A DNA stretch of 54,674 nucleotides, taken from the NCBI GenBank assembly GCA_008080735.1, contig SHMW01000021.1, positions 1 through 54,674 of the forward strand, given 5' to 3'. The notes below the pieces were generated by a model. The model ran no database searches. It saw only the letters and a program-made list of their open reading frames with translations, and had not been told where the DNA came from. Origin of the DNA: Promethearchaeota archaeon (lineage in GTDB: Archaea > Asgardarchaeota > Lokiarchaeia > Sigyniarchaeales > SOKP01). Shown here one piece after another: positions 28,885 through 38,404 of the stretch; positions within the stretch are counted from its first letter, which is position 1; every line of letters begins with the position of its first letter. Made by a program: the position numbers and the translations under genes.

Positions 28885-30270
28885 ATGGAATTCACTTTAT
28901 TAGAAAAAACCACGTTATACCAATCATTTTCGGATTTAGGAAAACGTATTTTTCTGCCCGATGGAATCTTTTATTGGTCGGGAAGAGCAAAAAAGGAGGC
29001 TGAACTCATTGGGACAATTGGTTCCGCCTTCTGTTATGATAATGAGATTACTAGTGATGGGGATAATGAATGGGTGCCGTGTTATCTGGAAGAGATAAAA
29101 CAATATGCGAATTTGGGAATAAAAGATATAGTACCGTATGCCTCTATAGGAGGATTAGCTGAATTTCGCTCAATTTGGAAAGATTGGATTCTTAAAAAGT
29201 CTGGTTTTGATGCGGAATCAGAAAAGCAAAAGCTAGACCATCTCAGAACGTATATCTCCAATCCGATCGTCACGGGTGGAGTGACGAATGGAATCTATAT
29301 GGCGTGTTCTATGTTTTTAAATCCCGGGGAGACCATAATTTGTCCAAATAAACGATGGGGCAATTATGACAATATAATTGTAAAAAATATAGGAGCTCAG
29401 ATTAAATCCTTCGACTTTTTTAAAGATCAAAAGATAAATATAGATGGTTTGAAAAAAGCGATAATGCAAGTCAAAGAAAGTCAAGAAAAAATCGTTCTAA
29501 TGCTGAACTTTCCTAATAATCCGACCGGATATGTACCCTCACATGAAGAAGCTCAAAATTTAGTTGAATTACTACGAGAAAGCCAAGCCCAATTGGGCGT
29601 CCCATTTATCGTTATTGTAGATGATGCCTACGAGCCGTATGTATATGAAGAAAAAGGAATGCTGAATACATCATTCTTTTATATGCTCCAAGAACTTCAA
29701 GATCCAATTATTCCAATTAAATTAGATGGGTTAACTAAAGAATTGCTTTTCTATGGGGGTCGAATCGGCTTTGTCACCGTTGGATTAAAACCCAAATGGG
29801 CGAAAAATGATAAAGAGCTTGAACAGCTTAAAGATGAAATTAATAATAAGTTAGAAGGTTTTAATCGAAGCTCTATTTCTAATGCTAACCATTTCTATCA
29901 AAAAGTCGCAATCAAAATGTTCCAAGAGTTTGGAATGGACAAGATTATTCAATCTCGCGATAAAGTGAAAACGGTGCTGAGCGACCGATATAAGAAAATC
30001 AATGCCGAGTTAGCCAAATTAGACTCGCCAGATATTTCAGTCGACCCAAATGCAGGCGGTTTTTTCCTATTCGTGAATTTAAATAAGGATAAAGTAAAAG
30101 CCACAGAATTCGCTGATTACCTTCTCAAAAGATATAAAGTCGGAGTTATTCCGATTGAGAAACCCGCTGAAAATATCAATGGAATCCGAATCGCCTATTG
30201 CTCTATAGATAGTGATAAGATAAATGAATTCATTTCGAGAATTCAGAAAGCCCTTGTTGATGTCTCATAA
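28885..30270 (+). CDS. PLP-dependent aminotransferase class I/II
   Basis: NFPNNPTGY, DDAY, DGLTKE…GGRIGF, GIRIAY. Confidence 0.93.
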   Translation: MEFTLLEKTTLYQSFSDLGKRIFLPDGIFYWSGRAKKEAELIGTIGSAFCYDNEITSDGDNEWVPCYLEEIKQYANLGIKDIVPYASIGGLAEFRSIWKDWILKKSGFDAESEKQKLDHLRTYISNPIVTGGVTNGIYMACSMFLNPGETIICPNKRWGNYDNIIVKNIGAQIKSFDFFKDQKINIDGLKKAIMQVKESQEKIVLMLNFPNNPTGYVPSHEEAQNLVELLRESQAQLGVPFIVIVDDAYEPYVYEEKGMLNTSFFYMLQELQDPIIPIKLDGLTKELLFYGGRIGFVTVGLKPKWAKNDKELEQLKDEINNKLEGFNRSSISNANHFYQKVAIKMFQEFGMDKIIQSRDKVKTVLSDRYKKINAELAKLDSPDISVDPNAGGFFLFVNLNKDKVKATEFADYLLKRYKVGVIPIEKPAENINGIRIAYCSIDSDKINEFISRIQKALVDVS

Positions 30271-30413
30271 TTTAGTTTGATAATGATGTTTTTCACTTAT
30301 TTTTTCTTTTCAAAAACTCTTCTATTCAAATGAAAAATTTGAATAACTCAATATTTTTATAACGGTTTATTTATATTTATAATAATTATATAAGTAAAAT
30401 TTGTGTTGAGGAA

Positions 30414-31448
30414 TTGAAAATGAAACTCTATTTAGTAGATAAAGGAGAACTAAAAGAAATCAATAAACCAGTGTTTTCAACCGGGGATGTATATCTCTTA
30501 GACAACGACCATACCATATACGTCTGGATTGGCAGTAAATGCAGTGTGGATGAGAAGACCTCGGGAGCGGCTCAAGCTCGCTCACTAGATCAAGAACGGG
30601 GTGGTTCAGCGAAAATTATCACCGTTGATCAAGGACAAGAAGGTGATGAATTTCTCAAATTAATCGCGGAAATGGGGGCGATGAAAATCGTCAATAAAAA
30701 TGTCGCAAAAACGATGTTAAAAGACGTCTATACTGGTGACTATAGTGGATTCACAGAACATAAAAATGTCCTCTATCGTATTAGTTCTGAAGAATTTGAA
30801 GATATAAATACGATGAAAATGGTTCAAGTTCCCTATTCGGAAGATTCACTTGATTCTGAGGATTGTTTTGTCCTCGATTTAGGAACAAAAGTATATATTT
30901 GGCAAGGAAATGCTTGTAATGTAAAAGAAAAAGTCAAATCTGGACAATGGGCCCGAAAGATTGATGCCGATCGTGCAGGGTCGCAAAATGAGGAAATATA
31001 TGAAGAAGGAGACGATGCAAAATTTTTGGAAGCCCTCAGTAAAGGTCCTGACTATAAAGAATCTGATGCAGTACAATTAGAAGCGGAATCGGAACTCGAA
31101 GAAGAAGAACCAGAACAAGAGATCGCTCCCGAATCAAAAGGAATGGTGGGAGAAGCAGAAGAGATCGAAGAGGAAAAGGAAGAAGAAATCTCTATAAAGC
31201 CCGAACAACCAAGGATTAAGGAATCTGTCGCATCGAAAGCGGCTCCAGGAATTCCAGGACGACAAGATGATTCCATCCTCACAATCGAAAAGACAGAAGG
31301 TAGGCGTGTCTGTCCAAATTGCGGTGAAGAAAATAAATCTATGATTCACGAGAGCGTGGACAAAAGTAACATCATTATGGATTACCCAAGGATGTATGGT
31401 AAGAAATATAAGTGCGGTTCTTGTGGAACCGAATGGAGAGAAAAATAA
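30414..31448 (+). CDS. Two-domain gelsolin-like protein with acidic linker and C-terminal zinc ribbon
   Basis: Gelsolin repeats FSTGDVYLLD…IYVWIGSKCSVDEK and SLDSEDCFVLD…VYIWQGNACNVKEK; C-terminal CPNC…CGSC. Confidence 0.9.
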   Translation: MKMKLYLVDKGELKEINKPVFSTGDVYLLDNDHTIYVWIGSKCSVDEKTSGAAQARSLDQERGGSAKIITVDQGQEGDEFLKLIAEMGAMKIVNKNVAKTMLKDVYTGDYSGFTEHKNVLYRISSEEFEDINTMKMVQVPYSEDSLDSEDCFVLDLGTKVYIWQGNACNVKEKVKSGQWARKIDADRAGSQNEEIYEEGDDAKFLEALSKGPDYKESDAVQLEAESELEEEEPEQEIAPESKGMVGEAEEIEEEKEEEISIKPEQPRIKESVASKAAPGIPGRQDDSILTIEKTEGRRVCPNCGEENKSMIHESVDKSNIIMDYPRMYGKKYKCGSCGTEWREK

Positions 31449-31676
31449 AAATCCCCAAATAAGCTACAATTTTTATTCTTATTTTTTTATGATTCATATC
31501 TTAATAATCTAAATTCAAAAAGGAAGTCAATTTCCTCTTACTCTAGCTATATTGTATAAAAATTTAAAATTCTCTAAATTTCCCTTAATCAGTTTTAGTG
31601 GTAAAATAATTAAAAAGCCAATATTAATATTAGTTCGTTATAAGCTTCTTTTAAAAGAAGGAGAATTTAATTAAGA

Positions 31677-32837
31677 CTATGATTTTATTTTATCCCTTCG
31701 TAGCAACTTAATACGTTTTTTCAGATCTACGATTTCTTGGTCTTTTGCCTCGACTTCCGATTCTAATTTAAGCTTCTCATCCTTGAGAGCTTGTAAATCT
31801 GAGAGAATTTTATCTTCGATTTGCTCAGTTTCTTCCAATTTATTTCGTAGTTCTTTTTGCTCTTCCATTAATTCTTTAATCTTGGAGTCCTTCTCTTGGA
31901 GTCTGTATTGCATATTAGAGTATTCAATTTCAAACTTCCCTGTTAACTCGCCCGATTTTTGCTGCGTTTGTTCTAATTTATCTTCCAGACGATTTATTAT
32001 TTCCTGGTTAGTTAAATTCTTCTGTTTTAGTTTTTCATTTTCCAAAACCAATGTTTCAATACGCTCTTCCTTTTTTTCTAAATCTTTTTTAACCAAGCTA
32101 AATGTTTCGAGCTGTTGTTCTAATTCATTAATTTCTTTTTGAGCATCTGATAGGTCATTCTTAATTTCGAAAATCTCCTTTTCTTTTTGAGTAAGGAGTT
32201 CGTCTTTTTTCTCAACCAAGACCTCTAATTTATCATATTTAGATTTCGGGATGGTGTCCTGTTGGAGATAATTGATTTGTTCATTTAAATCTTTGATTGT
32301 TTCATTTTTCTCCCGAAGTTTTTCGGAAAGGTCGCTTTTTTCCATTTGTCCCGACTTCAATTCGTCTACGGAGTCTTGAAGCTCAGTTATTTCATTTTGA
32401 AGGTTCTGAATTTTAATGGTTTGATCTTGTATGATAGTATCTTTCTGATCTATCCTCTCTTCCAAAGAATTAATTACCTCATCTTTTTCTTTCAGAGTCA
32501 GATTTAATTCCTCTACATCTGCCAGATGAGATTCGTTAACTTGCATATTCTGTTCCAAATCATCCAATTTTTCACGAAGTTCCTCCTTTTGAGTCTTCAA
32601 GGACTCATTTTCCCGTAGTATTGAGTCTTTCTCTTGCCTCATTTCCGCAATTTGTTCGTTAAGTTGTTCATTTTGTTGACGAAACAATGTAATCTGTTCG
32701 ACTAACCCACTCTCTTCGGGCTCTTCTTCAGATTCCTCTTCTTTCTCTTCGACCCATCCCAGAGAGGAGAGTGCATCAACGATAGGTTGATCATCTTCCT
32801 CGGGATTTTCCTTATTTTTATTATTTGGATTATTCAT
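31677..32837 (-). CDS. Long acidic coiled-coil protein
   Basis: Continuous heptads over about 330 aa. Confidence 0.8.
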   Translation of the reverse strand: MNNPNNKNKENPEEDDQPIVDALSSLGWVEEKEEESEEEPEESGLVEQITLFRQQNEQLNEQIAEMRQEKDSILRENESLKTQKEELREKLDDLEQNMQVNESHLADVEELNLTLKEKDEVINSLEERIDQKDTIIQDQTIKIQNLQNEITELQDSVDELKSGQMEKSDLSEKLREKNETIKDLNEQINYLQQDTIPKSKYDKLEVLVEKKDELLTQKEKEIFEIKNDLSDAQKEINELEQQLETFSLVKKDLEKKEERIETLVLENEKLKQKNLTNQEIINRLEDKLEQTQQKSGELTGKFEIEYSNMQYRLQEKDSKIKELMEEQKELRNKLEETEQIEDKILSDLQALKDEKLKLESEVEAKDQEIVDLKKRIKLLRRDKIKS

Positions 32838-32938
32838 TGCTATACCAATTGGGGATTATTACTATTAAATTCAAGAAATTTTTTCTTGCTCTTAAAGATA
32901 TAGTAACAAGATATTCTAATAATTTTTACTAATAATAT

Positions 32939-33415
32939 TCATTGAATAAAAACGTATTTCCTATCAAGAAAAAATTTCGTCAGATACCCAATAGATAAGG
33001 CAACCGCCATACTGAGTTCTAAAGGAGTGGAGAAAAAGTTAGTAAGCAGAAATTGGATACCAATATTTAAGGCAGTTGTTAGAATTGCAAATCCAAAATA
33101 TTTGAGAAATTCGATTGAAGTTTCCTTCATTTTAAGTTGTTTTTTCTGAAATACAATAAATTTATCTAGGAAATATTTAATAATATAGGTAATTCCCACC
33201 GCTGCAATTGAGCCTACTAATTCTCTCATATTATAAGGAGTTATTGCACAATAAAAGGTATGGAAGAAATCAATTCCGCCAAGGGAGGTACAAATCCAAG
33301 GAGCGATGAGAACTTGATTGAGCTTTTGGATTAAATAATTTAAAATTATCATTAAAAAGGCAAAGAATAGATATAATGTCATTTGCTGTTTAATATTATT
33401 TTCAGAGTTTTCCAT
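32939..33415 (-). CDS. GtrA family membrane protein
   Basis: YFLDKFIVF, EFLKYFGFA, FFLDRKYVF. Likely start ATG 33415. Confidence 0.8.
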   Translation of the reverse strand: MENSENNIKQQMTLYLFFAFLMIILNYLIQKLNQVLIAPWICTSLGGIDFFHTFYCAITPYNMRELVGSIAAVGITYIIKYFLDKFIVFQKKQLKMKETSIEFLKYFGFAILTTALNIGIQFLLTNFFSTPLELSMAVALSIGYLTKFFLDRKYVFIQ

Positions 33416-33431
33416 TTTTCTCGCTCCTCTG

Positions 33432-33761
33432 TTATAGTTTTGGTAATTTACTCCCACATTTTGTACAATAATTTAAATTGGGCTGGTCTATCAATTCTCC
33501 ACATGTGGGACAATAAAATTTTAACCTGTTCGTTTCTGTTTGGACATCACGAATACTCTCATTCTTTTTTTCTCGTATGCCTTGAGGATAAGTTTCTCCT
33601 TGATCTTCATTTTCTTGAGAGCTTTCATTTCGCCCCCCGCAGGAGAGCGGAAAGACACAAAAAAGAGGAAAGAGGAATATCTCTCCAAATAAAAAGAATA
33701 AAACCACACTCACCAATATAGCGGCAAGAAGGATGATAATATAAACAATATTCCATTTCAT
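33432..33761 (-). CDS. Membrane-anchored zinc-ribbon protein
   Basis: N-terminal hydrophobic segment; C-terminal YCPTCG…YCTKCGSKL. Confidence 0.75.
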   Translation of the reverse strand: MKWNIVYIIILLAAILVSVVLFFLFGEIFLFPLFCVFPLSCGGRNESSQENEDQGETYPQGIREKKNESIRDVQTETNRLKFYCPTCGELIDQPNLNYCTKCGSKLPKL

Positions 33762-33830
33762 AGTAGTGAATTAGAAAAAATTGCTAAGATTAAAAATATT
33801 GTGCTGAGGTCGTTTTGAAGAAGAAATTGT

Positions 33831-34454
33831 TTATGAATCCAATTTTTCCTTCCAGCTATCTTTCTTTTTAAGGGCATTAGATTCGCCCTCTTGTTCTTTT
33901 CTCTCATCTGGAGAAATAGCTTTGGAATAGTCCATTATTTCGGAGGTTGTGTCTTGGTTTGGAGAGAGCATATTCATCATTTCACCGGTTAAGCCCGGTC
34001 CTTTCGATTCTTTTCCTGTTGCCTTTTGGTACAATTTCTTTCCAACAAAATACGTCAAGGAAATACCTAAAGAGAAGAGTAAATAAATCGCAACCCATCC
34101 AGTTCCGAAAAATAATATCGGGAACGGTAATAACCCTTCATTGTAAGGAGAATAAATTAATCCTAAGACAGCAAAAATACCTAAAAAGAGAATACATCGT
34201 GCGCATAGGGGAATAAATTGTTTTTTCATCATTTCTTTAGTTAATTCCATCGAATCTTGTTGAATTTGTTGCATCATCCGTGCGTCTCCTACAAGCTGAG
34301 CATTTCTCATACGTTCTTGGATATTTTTTGCTTTTTCTTGTATTTTTCGTATTTCTTCTCTATTTAGTCCAAAAATCTTATTGAAGATTAACCCGACCGC
34401 AAACATTCCTAACGTGATAAAAAAGATCTGGAGTATAATTCCGCCGTCTGCCAT
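33831..34454 (-). CDS. EMC3/TMCO1 (DUF106, Oxa1 superfamily) membrane insertase-like protein
   Basis: TM1, Met/Gln-rich coiled coil ending MMKKQFIP, TM2, LPFP…GWVAIYLL TM3. Confidence 0.8.
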   Translation of the reverse strand: MADGGIILQIFFITLGMFAVGLIFNKIFGLNREEIRKIQEKAKNIQERMRNAQLVGDARMMQQIQQDSMELTKEMMKKQFIPLCARCILFLGIFAVLGLIYSPYNEGLLPFPILFFGTGWVAIYLLFSLGISLTYFVGKKLYQKATGKESKGPGLTGEMMNMLSPNQDTTSEIMDYSKAISPDERKEQEGESNALKKKDSWKEKLDS

Positions 34455-34557
34455 ATAAGTTCACTATCTAATTAAATTCTGAATTGATAAAAAACCTTGT
34501 TATTATCTTATCTATAGGAAATAATTTAAATCTATGGAGAAATTCCAACAATCACTA

Positions 34558-35637
34558 TTATCGTAAATTCCCTCGAAAAATACTTTTAATGTACTTTTCG
34601 TAAATAGTAGACCATTTTGCGGTCATAGAAGAGGCGACAGCGCATCCAAGCCTACAATGACTACAGAACTCAAAAGAATCATGTTCTTTCATAATTTCAA
34701 TTACTTTTGGGGACTTATAGATAGATGATAAAGGATTTTTTAAGGCATTGAAGCTTAGAATTGGATTTATTTTACAAGGAAAGTCCACAAATCCGTTATG
34801 GCGAATAAAAAGATACGCGCTGGCTACATGACAGCGTAAAAGATCTTGAAATTTAGGATTACCTCCAAATCCTCCTCGCTCTATAGCTTCAATAGTGACT
34901 AAATCTGTGAGCACATTCTTATGGTCTTTATGTAAGCGTTTAATAAATTTTGCCCATAAATGAAGCCTAGGGATCAGTTTTTCTACATTCTTAGCTCTAT
35001 AATGAGTTCCATTATAGGATCTAATGATATCCTCGCAGGGATATAATTCAATGGAACAACCAAGCTTTTCTGCCATTTGACATATTTCTGGTAGATACTT
35101 CAGATTCTTTTTCATCACATTTGTACTGATAATTACATTTATATATTTTTTATGTGCGAGATTTATGGATTTTATAACTTTCTCAAATACATTAATACCT
35201 CTTAGTTTGTTATGAAGCTCATGCGTAGGAAAATCCAATGACAAAAGAATATAATCCAATCCAGACAGAGAATTTTCTCTAAGTAATTGAGGTAAAAAAT
35301 AACCGTTTGTAGCAAGTCCAGTCGTGAGATTATGGGATATACCCGCGTAATTGATCAATTCTGCTAAATCGTGCCGCAAGGTAGGTTCTCCTCCTGTGAA
35401 TGAGAGAGCAACGACTCCAAGATCGGCAACATCAGCAATTATTTTTTTGACTTCTTCCGTATTCATCTCGGGATTTTTTAATGACTTGGGAATGGAGGGG
35501 ATTGAACAAAATTCACATTTTCCCATACATCTTAGAGTCAATTCTATCTGAGCAAAATAAGGATTCTTGATATCTGAAACTTTATTTACACAATAGTTTT
35601 TTAGATATGAGAGTCCCTTAAATTTCCAGAAGTGCAT
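34558..35637 (-). CDS. Radical SAM protein with C-terminal SPASM/Twitch-like Cys motifs
   Basis: CMGKCEFC (Cx3Cx2C), TGGEP, TNG; C-terminal CHVA…FPC…CSHCRLGC. Confidence 0.9.
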   Translation of the reverse strand: MHFWKFKGLSYLKNYCVNKVSDIKNPYFAQIELTLRCMGKCEFCSIPSIPKSLKNPEMNTEEVKKIIADVADLGVVALSFTGGEPTLRHDLAELINYAGISHNLTTGLATNGYFLPQLLRENSLSGLDYILLSLDFPTHELHNKLRGINVFEKVIKSINLAHKKYINVIISTNVMKKNLKYLPEICQMAEKLGCSIELYPCEDIIRSYNGTHYRAKNVEKLIPRLHLWAKFIKRLHKDHKNVLTDLVTIEAIERGGFGGNPKFQDLLRCHVASAYLFIRHNGFVDFPCKINPILSFNALKNPLSSIYKSPKVIEIMKEHDSFEFCSHCRLGCAVASSMTAKWSTIYEKYIKSIFRGNLR

Positions 35638-35897
35638 TATTGTAAGTAGTTTTGGATTAATTCCTTAGAAATTTCCACTTCGATTAAATAGACTAGATCA
35701 TATTTTGTAGGAAATACTGAGAAATGAAGATGTTCTTTGCCATGTTTTTCTTGCTCTGCAGATGAAGTTAAGAAAAAATACTCGTATGTATCAAGCGCTA
35801 ATTGCTCTTCTAATTGCGGAGGTAAGTCCCATCTCTTTATTGTATCTTTATTATAGAGTTTTCCGTTAAAGTGGTCTAGGATATGGTGCTCATTCAT
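35637..35897 (-). CDS. Small hypothetical protein
   Basis: 86 aa; its stop overlaps the radical SAM start (TAATG), which suggests translational coupling. Confidence 0.65.
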   Translation of the reverse strand: MNEHHILDHFNGKLYNKDTIKRWDLPPQLEEQLALDTYEYFFLTSSAEQEKHGKEHLHFSVFPTKYDLVYLIEVEISKELIQNYLQ

Positions 35898-35935
35898 AAT
35901 AATATTTATAAATCATTATCTCCTAAAAAATTATT

Positions 35936-36778
35936 TCAAAGTGGTTTTTCTATTGAAAATCGCTCATGATTCACAGTACCTGGGTTAAAGATCACGTAAT
36001 TTAAATACTTTTCATAATGATTTGATTGACCTGGTTGAATACATAAAGTATTTCCAATCTTATTGACCCATTTATCACTCATTTGAGGGGATTCATGAAT
36101 ATGTCCGTGAAGCGTGAATAAAGGTTGATTTTTTTTTATAAAATTAAAAATCGCTATTGACCCTACACGGCGCGCATCGCTACACACATCTAATGAAACA
36201 TTAGCAGGAGGCATATGCATAATGTAGATAGCTTTTCTCATGTTTTCAGGTTTTGCTAAGCCTTTTAGCTCATCTTCTATTGTAGGAAGAGATTTTGCAT
36301 ATGAAAACCAATCATCCAATTCCTTCATTCCTTCTTCTGTGGATATTAATGGCTTTCCAATTTGTCTTGGGAATTTAAATTCTGAGGTGTCCATTCTGGC
36401 TCTGTCCTTAAGACCAAATGGCAAATCTGTGACGAAATTGAACCCAATAAATTCGTATTCATTAATTTTGACTAATTTTTGAGCAGTATAATCGATATAA
36501 TCATATTTGCCCGAAATGCGTTCGAGTAGAGAATCATGAATTTGTAGATCGTCATTTGCGGGCTGGAATAAATAGAAGATTCCCTCTTCCTCGAATTTGG
36601 TGAAATATTTATCAAGATATTCCGTGATAAATGTTTCTTGAATGAAAAAGCTGGGGCGAGTAGGCAAAAGATCTCCACCATTAATGACCATATCCACCCC
36701 ATATTTAAGAGCTTCATTAAATATAGTTTCATATTTCCATTCAACGCCATGAATATCGGTGACATATAAAATCTTCAT
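35936..36778 (-). CDS. Calcineurin-like metallophosphoesterase (Icc-related)
   Basis: TDIHG, GGD, ANDD, HMPP, HGHIHE. Confidence 0.9.
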   Translation of the reverse strand: MKILYVTDIHGVEWKYETIFNEALKYGVDMVINGGDLLPTRPSFFIQETFITEYLDKYFTKFEEEGIFYLFQPANDDLQIHDSLLERISGKYDYIDYTAQKLVKINEYEFIGFNFVTDLPFGLKDRARMDTSEFKFPRQIGKPLISTEEGMKELDDWFSYAKSLPTIEDELKGLAKPENMRKAIYIMHMPPANVSLDVCSDARRVGSIAIFNFIKKNQPLFTLHGHIHESPQMSDKWVNKIGNTLCIQPGQSNHYEKYLNYVIFNPGTVNHERFSIEKPL

Positions 36779-36871
36779 ACCACAATATTAAACTCCATAT
36801 TAAATAATAGTTTTCGTAAATCATTTACAATTACATAAAAAAATAAAAATAGATTTAGAATTTTGATTTTA

Positions 36872-38206
36872 TTATGGTTTAAGTATATCTGACTTACTCA
36901 TAGCTCTGATTTCTTTATCCAAAGGTTCCGGTACAAAAATCAACGAAATAAACACCCCTATCATTGCTATAAGACTTAAAGTCATCCCAGTTCCAAGTGC
37001 CTGTATAGAAATTACTGGATTAGCTAGCCTCGCTTCTATGGTCGGAAATGGATTTAGTGTATCAGCAATAAGCCCTACAAAAAAGGCCCCGAAACTAAGA
37101 CCTCGAGCGATAGAAAAGATTATTGAATTTGCCGATGCGCGCAATTCCGTATCATACAACTCAGAAGACCACACTCCGAAAATTCCGTGCAGTCCAAAAC
37201 CTAAAGTTATTACTATCGCTGACACTAAGATAATAGGTTGGTTATAAATCAGTAATGTAAAGATCACAAAAAATATACCTCCAATTATTCCGATGATATT
37301 ATCTAAACCAAATGCTTTTTTCCTTCCGATGTAATCGCTTAAAAAGCCAAAAAAGAATAATCCTCCGGCAGCAATCACCATGATTACTAGCATAAAAAGC
37401 AAGGAACTTGTTTTTGGATTGGCTGCTCCGGCAATTGCGAATAAATATTGAAAGAACTCGGGTGCATGATCAACTAAAGCATGATACGCTGTTTCCGCAA
37501 ACCAAAATAGAATAGTTAATAGAATTGTCAATTTAGCCCATTTCTTACTAAATATCTCCCTAATCCTGAGTTTTTGTTTTTCTCCAGATTCTTTTGTGAT
37601 TCTATCATATTCGGACCAAACCGCAGATTCCGGTAGATAAAACCAGAATAATACGAGAAATGGAAACGGAAATAAAGCCGTAATGAAACACCATTGCCAG
37701 CCATAAGGACCTATTAATAAGGAAACCAGTAGAGCGGCAACATAGCCAAAAACAAAAGTAGAATGGACTAATCCTCCAACCGCTCCTCTTCTTTTGGGTT
37801 TAAAATATTCTGAGATCAGAGAAAAAGAAATCCCCCAGCTAACACCCAATCCAGACATTAATCTCAGCACCGCAAAAAGCCAAAACATATTGGCGGGCAC
37901 CAATGCAGTCATTGATGAAAATATGGAATCCCATGCGATTGAGATAAGAAGTGCTTTTTTCCGTCCAAATCTATCTCCGATTTCGCCAAATAATATTGCC
38001 CCTGGAACAGTAAAGACGAATTGTAAAGAAATAACTAAACCAATTTGAGCTGTTGTTACACCAACAAAATATGCTTGTAATTCTGTTGAGAGAGTTGAGA
38101 TTAGAACTAAACTATAGCCATCATGCATCCAAGCGATGCTGGCGGCTAAAATAATAACTAATATGGTAAATTTTGATAATTCTCTTTTTTCAGTCATTCG
38201 AAACAT
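36872..38206 (-). CDS. MFS transporter (sugar porter/aromatic acid-like)
   Basis: GEIGDRFGRKK and GFLSDYIGRKK motif A repeats, LPES, SELY…LRA; about 12 TM. Confidence 0.92.
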   Translation of the reverse strand: MFRMTEKRELSKFTILVIILAASIAWMHDGYSLVLISTLSTELQAYFVGVTTAQIGLVISLQFVFTVPGAILFGEIGDRFGRKKALLISIAWDSIFSSMTALVPANMFWLFAVLRLMSGLGVSWGISFSLISEYFKPKRRGAVGGLVHSTFVFGYVAALLVSLLIGPYGWQWCFITALFPFPFLVLFWFYLPESAVWSEYDRITKESGEKQKLRIREIFSKKWAKLTILLTILFWFAETAYHALVDHAPEFFQYLFAIAGAANPKTSSLLFMLVIMVIAAGGLFFFGFLSDYIGRKKAFGLDNIIGIIGGIFFVIFTLLIYNQPIILVSAIVITLGFGLHGIFGVWSSELYDTELRASANSIIFSIARGLSFGAFFVGLIADTLNPFPTIEARLANPVISIQALGTGMTLSLIAMIGVFISLIFVPEPLDKEIRAMSKSDILKP

Positions 38207-38404
38207 CCCATTTTTATGTGAAAAGTATATTCAATGCAATAGTATTTCTTCTCCTAGTATATAAATATTGTAAATGTTATTGATTTTGATCACGAAATAA
38301 GGAACAGGTATTTGCATTTAATAGTTCTAAATTTCAAAGATAAGATTAAATTATAAATAGATTCAATCCAATAAGTTAATTATTAAAAGTTAAGAATAGA
38401 AATT

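Noticed and set aside
31677-32837. Coiled-coil proteins (also 18110-18964) as SMC, myosin or ESCRT-III homologues
   Set aside because: No ATPase head or family motif; heptad similarity alone is uninformative.
35637-35897. Small gene coupled to a radical SAM/SPASM-like gene as RiPP precursor or PqqD-like chaperone
   Set aside because: No leader/core pattern, no Cys, no PqqD-like features, and no peptidase or exporter nearby.
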